Positions 26,653-38,279 of a stretch of DNA of 64,000 nucleotides are shown here, one piece after another; the first letter of the stretch is position 1; every line of letters starts with the position of its first letter. The notes below the pieces were generated by a model. The model was not told where the DNA came from, did not search any database, and saw nothing but the letters and a program-made list of their open reading frames with translations. Made by a program: the position numbers and the translations under genes. This stretch comes from Epiperipatus broadwayi (taxonomy: Eukaryota > Animalia > Onychophora), in assembly GCA_028023455.1 (NCBI GenBank), contig JAQFVV010000003.1, positions 23,560,001-23,624,000 of the forward strand. Direction: 5' to 3'.

Positions 26653-29600
26653 ATGATGTGATGTGATGCACTGTGATTTCTTATATGGACTCAGGAATCT
26701 TTCATCAACTATGCCCAGAGAAACCTGTTAGCCACTTTATCTTCACTTTTCATTCCCCACCCTAAGTTTTTCCCATATTCTTCTCTATCCTGCTCCTGCC
26801 CATTTCCACAATATAATCTTTGCCAACTTCATAGCTTTTATATTTGAAACTCCCTTTTCTTAAACCCAGCATAAAAACCAAGAACCCACTTTCTGTATAA
26901 TCACTTTGTTTATATTTATTTTTTCACAACTTCATTATTTGTATCCTTTCTGCTTGCAAGCATTTACATTCAATTAACAGGTGCCTAATATTTTTTATGC
27001 CTCTTCTACATAACTTGCAGACTAAATCACCCATATTTTTCCATTTACATGTATATTCCCTTGTTGCTAAAGATACTGATTGAGTCAACAGTAAACTACT
27101 TTCCTTGCTATTACCATAAATTAACTCACACCAATATTCTGTTTACTTCTATGTATATTTAAATTCTTTTTATTCTCCATACTAGTTCTCCATCTTGCCA
27201 CTATAACACTCAACAATTATCCTAACACAATCATCTCAATTTTTGTATAAATACACTGATATAAATTCTTTATCCAAATCTTCTGCATACCATACTACTT
27301 TTCTCATCTATCTTATTGCCTGTCCTTTATTCACAACCCAATTAAATGCTATTTTGGCTATTCTCTCATTATCCATAAATTGTAATCTACATTTTCATTT
27401 TGCTTTTTGCATCTCTCATATAAAAACTTGATCATTCTGTCTCTCCTTGAATTGCCTTCTGTGCCATCCACACATCTGCATCTAATGCATGTTTTCCTAT
27501 TTCTCTTTGTACTTTTTCTAAGTAATCTAACACCCCTTTATTAACCCATAACACACCATTATCATATGTTAACACTGCTACTGCCACTTCTTTCCATACA
27601 ATTTTAGCTACATCATATTTTTTAATTTCTTTATCAGTTCTTTTCTTTGCTTCATTTTCCAATTTTTCTCCCATTCATTCAAGCAATTTCTCTGATTACT
27701 TAAGATGATTTCCAAATAGTTATATCTATTTACCACAATTTTATATCCATATCTATTTACCACAACTTTATATCCCCCAATAAAAAATTCTTTCTCTTCT
27801 CTTTTCCCAGTATTAATCATCATTACTTTTGATTTTTCTTCACCAAATTTAATTCCCATCTCTTTATCCACTCTTACTCATGTCTTCAGCATAACCTCCA
27901 TATCTTTCCTACTTTCTGTGCCCAAGAAGTCATCATCTGCAAATAAAAGACCTAATAATGTATATACTCCCTTGCCACTCATTAATGCTATCGCTGCCCC
28001 TCTTCCTAGTCTTTCTATTGTTCTCTCTATTTTTCTCAAATACAACAAAATAGATGAAATAGAGCATACCTGCCTTAGTCCCATTTGATTTTTAACTTTA
28101 ACTGATTCTATATTTCCTAATTGATATATATAGTAATTATTTTCCACACAATTACTTAATGAGATCTACTAAAGCTCCACCCATTCCCAAATTTAATAAA
28201 CTTACCCATAATCTATTTCTATTTACTCCATCATATGCCTTCTCTATATCTATAAAAACCAGATATAACTGTCTATCTCTATTTCTACTCATATCTATAA
28301 GTTGTGTAACTACAAATAAACTATTTCCTATATGCCTATCTGATCAAAAACCTCCTTACATTTCTCCCACTATATTATTTTCTTCCATCCATTTTCTACA
28401 ATTTTTGCCATCACATATGTAAAAACTTTCCACTGATGTTACCATTATCGGTTTATAATTGCTTAACTTTCTCTGATCTTTACTCTTTCCTTTAAATAAT
28501 AGCCTACTCTTGTATTATTCCAACTATCTAGAAATTCTCGCTTCTGTGCCATTCTATTAAAACATGATAATAGGTTTTATTTTGCTCTATTTCCTAAATT
28601 CATTACCATCTTTGATGACCATCCATCTAAACCTCTTGCCTTTCCACTTTTCAATTTCTTCCCTGACTCTTTCAATTTATTTTCTGTAAACCTAATATTT
28701 TCATTATTAAATGCTTTCATGTTTGTTATTACTCTGTCCTTTACATCTAACATCTTTTCTATATCCATTACATAATTATTTAAGATTGTCTCTAATTCTT
28801 CTCTAGAGCTACACTATTTCCTCATCATCTAGGAATACTATTTCTCTCTCCCCTACATTCCTTCTTTTAATGTATTTCCAAATCTTTTTACTTCCATCTC
28901 TTCCACTTCTATTAATATAATCCAACAATTTACTATTTAATTTCATTCTCTCTCTATAATTATCTATTTTAGCCAACTTCTCTTTTTAAATATACTTTTC
29001 CCATTTAACATTAGCATCTTTTTCACTTTCTTTGTTCTTAATAGCGCATTTATATTCTCTGTATGCTTCCTCCCTCTCTTTTACATTTTTACTAACTCTC
29101 ACTTTTCTATTATTTCTATTCTTTTGAATATTATCATCTAAAACCCTATTTGACACTTTTTCTACTTCACTACACCATTGCTTATATTAATCCTCAATGA
29201 ATTCTTTCATGATATTCTTCTAACTTATTCTTATCATTTATTTTCCATCCACATCTTTCACTATCCTTTCTACTTTCATTACTATTTTCCATCACATTAC
29301 TAACCATTTCTATTATAAAGAAATTATGATCACTATTACATACTCTCTCTTCATTATTAAACACTTTAATTTTCAGTACTTTATTCATTCTCTCTTTCTC
29401 CATTAATACATAATCTACTGTGTGAAATATATTATTTCTAGACCATATGTATTGTCTGTGATAAATATTCGATAAATTTCCAATGCTCAAATTCACTCTC
29501 TGACAAAAATTCTTCAAAAGTTGCCCATTCTTGTTATCTATATCATTAATTTCTTCAACATTCCCATTTATATCCTCTCTAACCATTATTTTCTTCCTCT

Positions 29601-29676
29601 TTTTTGAACCTCTGTATATCCTTAACTAGTCATTCATATATTTTACTGTTCCACTCTTATTCTAGTTTGACTTATC
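26653..29676 (-). mobile_element. Esterase-ORF1 LINE family copy: APE C-half + RT + CCHC + (CACAT)n tail, decayed
   Basis: APE motifs (EDINGN, HTVDY, NSDH), RT motifs (GLRQ, LLFADD, RYNYL), tail atgatgtgatgtgatgca at 26653; multiple stops and frameshifts; 27-bp duplication at ~27722-27775. Confidence 0.92.
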
Positions 29677-32050
29677 TGATGTGATGTAATGCACTGTGAC
29701 TTTTCCTTAAACAGAGTCAGGAATTTTTCAGCAACTATGCCCAAAGAAACCTGTTAGCCACTTTACCTTCCCTTTCCATTTCCCACCCAAAGTTTTCCCA
29801 TAATCTGCTCCATCCCATTTCCACAACATAATCTTTGTCAACTCCATGGCCTTCATATCTAAATCTCCCTTTTCCCAAGCCCAGCATAAAAAAACCAATA
29901 ATTCACTTTCTGTATAATCACTTAGTTCATATTTGTTCTTCCATAACTTCATTATTTGTACCCTTTCTGCTTTCAAGCATTTACATTCATTTAACAGATA
30001 CCTAATATTTTCTATGCCTTCCTTACAGTATTTGCAGACTAAATTGCCCATATTTTTCCATTTACGTGTGTATTCCCTCCTGTTGCTAAAGATCCTATTC
30101 AAGCCTTGAACAATAAACAACTTTCCTTGCTATTATCATAAATTAACTCACACCCAATGTTCTATTTCAATATATATTTAAATTCTTTTTACTCTCCATA
30201 CTAGTTCTCCATCTCTTTAACTCCCTATTCTTTATTAATGCATCTATTCTTTTATCCCATTCCTTACTACTATAACACTCAACAGTCTTCCTAACACAAT
30301 CATCCCATTTTTTGTACAAGTATACTGATATAAATTCTTTATCCAAACCCTTTGCATAACACTCATCTTGTTGTCTGCTCTTTTATGTGTAACCCAATTA
30401 AATACTCTTTTGGCTATTCTTTTATCATTCATAAACTGCAACCTACCAAACATTTTTATTTTGCTTTTTGCATCTCTTATATCGCTGTCCAAACTTGACC
30501 ATCCCATTTCTCCTTGAATTGCCTCCTTCGCTGTCCACACATCTGCATCTAATGCATGTCTTTTTACTTTCCCTTTGCCCTTTTTCTAAGTAATCTAATA
30601 CCCCGTTACTAACACAAGACACATCGTTACCATATGTTAACCCTGCTACTGCAACTCCCTTCCATACAATTCTAGCTACATCATATTTATTATATGAAAA
30701 CACTGTTAATTTTTTTATCAATCCCTTTTCTTTCTTTCCTTCATTTATCAATTTTTTCTCCCTATCATCTAAGCAATTTTCCTGATTACTTAAGATGATT
30801 CCTAAATAATTATATCTATTCACTACACTTAACTTTACATCCCCCAATAAAAATTCTACATCTTCTTTTTCCCTAGTATTAACCAACATTATATTTTGAT
30901 TTTTTCTTCACTAAATTTAATCCCCATCTTTTTACCCACCCTTGCACATGTCCTCAGCATAGCTTCCATATCTTCTCTTCTTTCTGCACACAAAAAGACA
31001 CAATCAACACAAAAAAGACCAGACAAAGTATATACTTCCTTGACACCTATTAATGGTATCTGTATCCCTCTTCCTAATCTTTCTATTGCTCTCTCCATTT
31101 CACTCAAATACAACAAAAACAAAATAGGTGATATAGGGCATCCTTGCCTTAGTCCCACCCCATTTTTAACTTTAACTTATTCTATATTCACTAATTGATA
31201 TATATATATATAATAATAATTATTTTCATATAATTTCTAAAATAATATCTACTAAAGCTTCATCCATTCCCAAATTTGCTAAACTTATCCATAATCTATT
31301 TCTAGTTATTCTATTATATGCCTTCTCTAGTACTATAAAACTCACATATAACTGTCTACCTGAAATCCTACTCATATCCATAAGTTGTGTAACTACAAAT
31401 AATCCATCTCCTATACACCTATCTGATCTAAAACCTCCTTGCATTTCCCCCACTACCTTATTTTTTTGCATCCATTTTGCAAGTTTTCCAGCCACCATAT
31501 ATGAGAAAATTTATATAAATCTAATGTTACCACTATTGGTCTATAATTGTTTAACTTTCTATGATCCTTACCCTTTCCTTTAAATAATAATCTTATTCAT
31601 GTATTACTCCAACTATCCGGATAAACTCTCTTTAATCTTGTATTACTCCAACTACCCCGATAAACTCTCTTCTGTGCCATCTTATTAAAACAAGATAATA
31701 GCTTTACTTTTGCCCTATGCCCTAAATTCATTACCATCTCTGCTGCCCATCCATCTAAACATCTTGCTTTTCCACTTTTCAATTTTTTTCCTGCCTCATT
31801 CAGTTCATTTTTTGCAAACTTAGTATTTCCCGTTACTATATGCTTTCATGTTTTTTATTACTCTGTCCTTCACATCTAACATCTTTTCTATATCCATTAT
31901 ATATTTATTTAAGATTCTCTCTAATTCTTCTCTAGAGTTACACTCTATTCCCTCATCATCTAGTAACACTATCTCACTCTTCTCTACATTTCTCTTTTTA
32001 ATGTAATTACAATTTTTTTGCTCCCATCACTTCCACTTTTATTATCTCCA
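29677..32050 (-). mobile_element. Second copy of the same LINE (RT to tail), apparently 5'-truncated
   Basis: GEMQGGFRSDR, EKAYNR, GLRQGCPISPILF, RYNYLGI, CKYC..YLLNEC; tail at 29677; homology to the 26.65-28.9 kb copy stops near 32040. Confidence 0.9.
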
Positions 32051-34240
32051 GTGGCTATATACACTATAGCCACCATTCATTATTTTCTTCCTAATCTTAT
32101 CTCAAACCACAAATATTCTTGACATTTAACAGTATTTAAATATTTTTTTTACATAACTCCTATATCACCAGCCTTTTTCTTTTCTATTTATACTCTGCCA
32201 CACTAAGTCTTCCAGCATAGATTTTTCTTCTCTTAAATGTGTTTCCAGTACCAGTAGTATCTCAAGCTTTTCATTTTTAACTGCTTTGTTTAATTCCAGC
32301 CACTTTTCTGGTCTTCTACCATGTTGCATATTCAAACATTCAATTTTAACATTTTTTAATCCTATTTCTTTTATAAATTCTTTTGACTCTTACTCCTCTA
32401 TTACATTTGAAAGTAATTTGCTTACTATTAATTTTACAGACCCATTCCTCGTCACATCTACATTAATATCCAAATCAGCTACCCTTTGTTTATTTCTTTT
32501 ATTTCATTCATTCTTTTTGATAATGCTGCAATTTGTCCCTCCCCCCATAAGTTTTCCTAACTATAATATTTTTTATAAATCAAATTTCTTAAAACTTCAT
32601 TTTCTTGTTTTGCTAAGTGCAATCCAACTTTATTATATAACTCCCTCTTACTAATGAAAAAAGTCCCACATATCCACAAACATAACCATTTTTCTCACTT
32701 AATTTTTTCAATCTCTTATTTATAGCACATGCCTTATGTAACATATATCTATTGGCAAATCTTAGTAATAATCCAACCATTCCTACTTTTCCTTTAATCT
32801 TACTCAAATTACTAAGCAATTCTATGTACTCATCCCTTACTCTCTCTGATGGCTCCAACAAATTATTTGTCCCTATCATAACATACACATCTCTACTCCC
32901 TTGTTTCTTTACTTTATCTGCAATGTCTTTAACCCTAGCTCCAGGCAATCTACCATAACATACACATTTCTATTCCCTTTTCTTTATATTATCTGTAATG
33001 TCTTTAATTCTAGTTCCAGACAAACATATTCTTATTTAACTGTTTCAGCTCCAGGCAATCTACCATAACATGCACATTTCTATTCCCTTTTCTTTACATT
33101 ATCTGTAATGTCTTTAATTCTAGTTCCAGACAAACATATTCTTACTTAACTGTTTCTATTTTCTCTTGCAATTACATCTCCACATTCTTTGATTAGTGAA
33201 TCTCCTATCAGTAATATCTCATAGTTTACTTTTCCTAATTCATCTGTAACAATCTCTTCCATCTTCTGGACTTCCTTGTCTATTCCTTCCTTATCATTTC
33301 TATCCAATAATTCCTTTATCTGCTTTCACTTCATCTCTAATGATTTTAATTCTGCTTCTACATTCTTTACCTCTTTCTCTATCTTACTTATTTTTTGGCT
33401 AACCAACTTCATTGCATTACTTATTTTGTCATCCATATCTCTTGTCATTCCACTAAAACCATACCATATCCTATCTTTCTCAATTATATTTTGCTCTATT
33501 TCTCCTGACTTTATTTTCTAACTATCTGCACTTAAAACCATTTTTTCATCTCTTTTATCACATTTTCATATAGTCTACATAACCGCACACCTGTTACAGC
33601 TTTCCTAGTTTTATTTAAGCATTTCAAATGATAAACCTTATCACATATGGTACACTCTACCACAGCATGCCTAATTTCTTTCTGACTATTATATATACAT
33701 TGTGAGATATAAATATAATTTATATTTCTTATTTTTCAAGTCTCCTACTTTATACTTAACTTTATGTTTTTTCTCCTATTCTTCAAATCCCTTTATAAAA
33801 AAAGGAGGAGAAAACTTTTCTTTCTTTCAAAGGCGATCGATAAAAATGTATTTTCTAACATTACACCTCAAAAACATTATCTTCTTTCTCAAATAAATCA
33901 TTCTCTTTCATAAATTAAAAAAATTCTTTAATAGCAAACCTACTAAAAAACTATATAATCTTACAATATAACTTAGTTTTACATTCTCCTTACAGTAACA
34001 AACACTCACAAAATATATATTTTCCTTTTATATTTAAGATGGCATAACTAAACACTTTCCAAACATTATCAATATTATTACCAATCTTCCCAAATCCAAT
34101 TAAATCTATTTCTCTTCACTCCAGTTTTCTTTTCACTTCTATACAGTAAGTAAAAAACTTAGTAACATCAAAATTTTTCCATGTAATATTAAAAAAAATA
34201 AAAATAAACTTTAACATCTTGCAGCACAAATCACTTACGT
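32051..34240 (-). mobile_element. 5' half of the LINE: 5'UTR, ORF1 (PHD-like finger, coiled coil, GDSL/SGNH esterase) and APE N-terminus
   Basis: VECTICDKVYHLKCL at 33601-33660 then CGLC; coiled-coil-like KISKIEKEVKNVEAELKSLE; EILLIGDSL (GDSL at 33194-33205); LPGARVKDI..VMIGTNN; APE LNMQ..LETHL. The 5' end is approximate. Confidence 0.85.
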
Positions 34241-34294
34241 CAGCTAAGATTGTTTGTATTATTCTTATATGCTAATTGACATAAATGCTAGTAC

Positions 34295-34851
34295 TGTGAT
34301 ATGATGCATTGTGATTTCTCCTTATACAGAGTGAGGAATCTCTCAGCTATTATGCCTAGAGAAACCCGTTAGCTACTTCTCTTTCCATTCTCTTCCCTGT
34401 TTTCCCATATTCTGTGATGATGTGATGTGAAGTCAAGAATCTCTCAGCAATTATGCCCAGAGAAACCTGTTAGCTACTTTATTTTACATTCCCCAATTTA
34501 AGTTTCCCCATATTCTGCTCCATCCCATTTCCACAACATAATCTTTGTGGAACTCTATGGCCTTTATATCTAAATCCCCCTTACCTTTTCCCAAACCCAA
34601 CATAAAAGCCAATAATCCACTTTCTATATAATCACTTTTTTCATATTTATTCTTCCATAACTTCATTATATGTGCCCTTTCTGTTTCAAGCATTTACATT
34701 CAATTAACAGATACCTAATATTTTCTATTCCTTCCTTACATAATTTACAGACTAAATCACTCATATTTTTCCATTTACATGTATATTCTCTTGTTGCTAA
34801 AGATCCCGTTCGAGCCTTAAACAATAAACTACTTTCCTTATTATTATCATA
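34295..34851 (-). mobile_element. Two more tandem 3'-end fragments of the same LINE (34295-34413 and 34414-34851)
   Basis: Each starts on + with a tgtgat/atg-type tail followed by the conserved 3'UTR gaatctctcagc..atgcc.agagaaacc.gttagc. Confidence 0.88.
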
Positions 34852-36025
34852 TATTATTGTTATTGCTGTATGGACAGTGGCTACCTCCTATTATAAACCA
34901 TGAGCTATACTAGCATCTATCTTTTCTTTACAAATTTTATTTAATATATGAACCATATTTCTTGCTATTTATATATCGATTATTCTATTATTCTATCTAC
35001 TATATTCTGTGGCCATTTTCATAGTTTATTTTTAGTTATTCCTTTATATAGTTAATTTCATTTCATAATTATATGAAGAAACAATTATAAATAGATCTTG
35101 AATGACTATAGAAAATGGTTGAAACATATATGAAAGTATAGATTATTAAATATACGTAGAGAAATTTGGTTCATAGAATAAAGATTTTGTAAAAAAAAAA
35201 ACGGGCATAGCAATAATTTTTATTTATTGTATTGGAATTAATGAGCCATTTTTGAAAGAAGTAAAACACACTGTTTATTTAATTAATTATCTTTAAATTT
35301 TGTTGATTACCTTTTCTGTTTAACATATTCCAAGCTATCTGTGAAAAAAATTCTTTCCTTGTTTTTGACTTGGAAAAATTTTTCATTTTTTTCTAAACCA
35401 TTAATATAATAATGTGCTATATTAAAGAGAAGAAAAATTCAAAAATTGTGTTAAGTAATTGTTTTCTATTATCTTGAATTAAATAAAATAATCTTTAAAA
35501 TCTAACTACATTGAGCAGAATCCAAGATAAACCATAATGATAATTTAAGTAGTCTTTAGTTACATAATATTTGCACATCAGCAATTATACCAGACTGCTA
35601 ATGCTTTAAAATTAGATGCAAAATAAGTAGATCAAAAATGATGCTAAAGAAAGAAATAACATTGAGCCAGTTGCAAGCAAATAGTACAGAAAAAAATAAT
35701 AATGTTAAGATAGTATCATTGAAAAAACGAAAAAAGGTACACTTTGTTTAAATCAATCAAAAGACAAATAGCATTAGATCTGCAATTATAAAAATATATT
35801 CTTCAATAAGTTGGAGATGTATTTCATAACAAGATATGATGATGAACTTTAGAGTAGATGTATTGGAGAAACAGATCTTGTTTACATTATTTAAAACAGT
35901 AAAAAGGTGAGACATTGATTGCTTTTATTCAATAGATATGGCTGAGTATAAAATACAATAGAGAATTACAATTAAACAAGATGTTGAAATCCTTCAGAAA
36001 GTCAAATACAACTTAAAAAACTGCA

Positions 36026-36112
36026 GAAACATTGGTGGCCTAGCGGTTAACATAGCTGTCTTCCAAGCAGCTGATCCGGGTTCGTTTCTCAGTCAACACT
36101 TAGATATATATA
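36026..36112 (+). pseudogene. tRNA-Gly(TCC)-derived retrocopy with perfect 16-bp TSD
   Basis: 36029-36100 reads acattggtggcctagcggttaacatagctgtcttccaagcagctgatccgggttcgtttctcagtcaacact; aacttaaaaaactgca occurs at 36010-36025 and 36113-36128. Confidence 0.88.
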
Positions 36113-38279
36113 AACTTAAAAAACTGCACAGTGAGATAACAAATGAACAAACTGAAAGACCAATCTATGATACATGTGGATATACTTATATTATCTAGAT
36201 TAGTTTAAAAAAACCATGGCAAAACTTTGCCATTTTTTAAAACAGTTACTAATCAAGATAAGATTATAGAAACAAGATTAGCAATTAAAAATTATGGAAT
36301 ACTGTATATGTTCAGTAGGTTTTGTGATATAAAATACTTCTTGATTTAAAATGAAAAAAAAAATTGTCATCAAAAGTATTTTTATAAAATATCAGTAAGA
36401 GCATAAATGCATATCATCTTTAATAGAAAAGGTAGAAAAAAAAAAAAGAGTCAAAACTCATAAATTAAAAAAAAAAGAAAGATAAAGATAGTTAGCACAA
36501 TAAAAGATAAAAACATTTAGGAAAAAATAAATAAATAAATGGGGAGAAAAATAGATAATTGGATGAATTATCAAGAGAAGAGGATATCATTATAGAAAAT
36601 AAGTTTATCAATTTTGAAATGAAAAGATACTAATATTTTCTTAGAATTTAATTAGCACCCTAAGCATAGCATAACCTGTGAATTTATAATTCTGATATAT
36701 TATCATTCTTTTGCCCAAAATTTAAGATGTTTACAGATATTTTTTAATTAAAGTTATTAAAATATATCAAAACGAAACTAATTTCAGATCTATCTAGTCA
36801 TTTATGTAATTAGATTTGATTTCAAAATCATATATTTTAAAACTCATACATTAAATAGCATATATAGGATAGTTTGATGCAAAATTGTCTATTTTCATGA
36901 AAAGTAGAAACTAGTGGAAACTTCAGCATTTATTGTCAACTTATATTTGTAGTTCTAGAATTTCTTTAATATAAAAAAGTAGTGGAAACTATTGGAAATT
37001 CCAGCAAAGTTTCATTAATTAACAGAAACAACATTGATTCTTGAATAGTATATAGTTTTCGTAAATTCCATATTTAAGCCATGCATGTAAATTTAAATTA
37101 TTTATAATACATTAGTTTACGATTCAAGTTGTTTGTAAAAATACTGTCTTTACACATGTGCAGTAAAAACATTTTTAAAAAGCTCACTGTGAAGTGAATC
37201 TCTCCAACAGTCTCTTTGACTATTTCCACTAGTGAAGCAGTAAAAAAGAAGACATTGCTAAACAACCATGTTATTTTCTTAATGAGAAATTTGAGTGCTT
37301 TTCTATCACTATTTTAATTTCTGGCCAAGAATAAATACCCATTGTCTGATCAATCTTGAATGGTTAGGTATAATGAACATCCACTTGAAAGACAAATCAT
37401 ATACCTAATTGAAACCTGAAATTTTTTAAAACTTATTCAAACCATAGGATAACAAACAAATACATTATTATTACACCATAAGGGTCATAGATTTTCAGTT
37501 GACTGCATTATATTAATAATATTGTTCACTGACTAAATGTGAGAAATCTGTCCTATTCTCATTGATCTAGTTATCATGGATGATGTGTTTGTCTTACATG
37601 TCTATACGAAATATATCATTGATTGGCAATAATATATATTTAAACACAGATTGTGGCATTAAATTTATACATATAACTACATGTACAAAAAAAAATCTTT
37701 CCTACTTATTAATTGAACACACATATGGTAAAAACAAGCTCTTTTGTGAAGAGAAGTTGATAGTTCCCATTACAAAGGTTTCATCTGTTTTCTAACAAGA
37801 ACTTACTGACTTGTTAATTCTTTGTAATTCTTAAGTGAGCTGAAAGAAGCTTTGTTTATGGTGACAGAAGGTATTTTATAAAAGGAACTGTTTCAAGTAA
37901 CACCATGCCTTTCTATAATTATTCTGATTATGTAATAGAATTAAAACATTTAATTTCTTGACAGTCCATCGCCGTCTGTGGATGGTAATTTTAACTATAA
38001 TTTGATTATTTCCCATTACAATCCCTTATTTATGTAAATCAGATTTATGCACATATCAGTCTTATGTAAACATTTTCTGGCATATATAAGGGGGGGGGAT
38101 CCTATTCTTATTTATTGTTTATCTAATGCTATATGAACATTTCTTGCCATTTCTCTTATACAAATAAATAATCATAAAGTACTTACTACATAAAAGTTAA
38201 ATGACTGTCTGTGTATATATAATCATGTGATTAGTTGCAAAACTAGACAAACATTATTATGAAATATAGTATAATATTT

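Noticed and set aside
34150-34290. HDV-like ribozyme at the LINE 5' end
   Set aside because: I looked because some LINE 5'UTRs carry them, but no nested double-pseudoknot pattern is visible.
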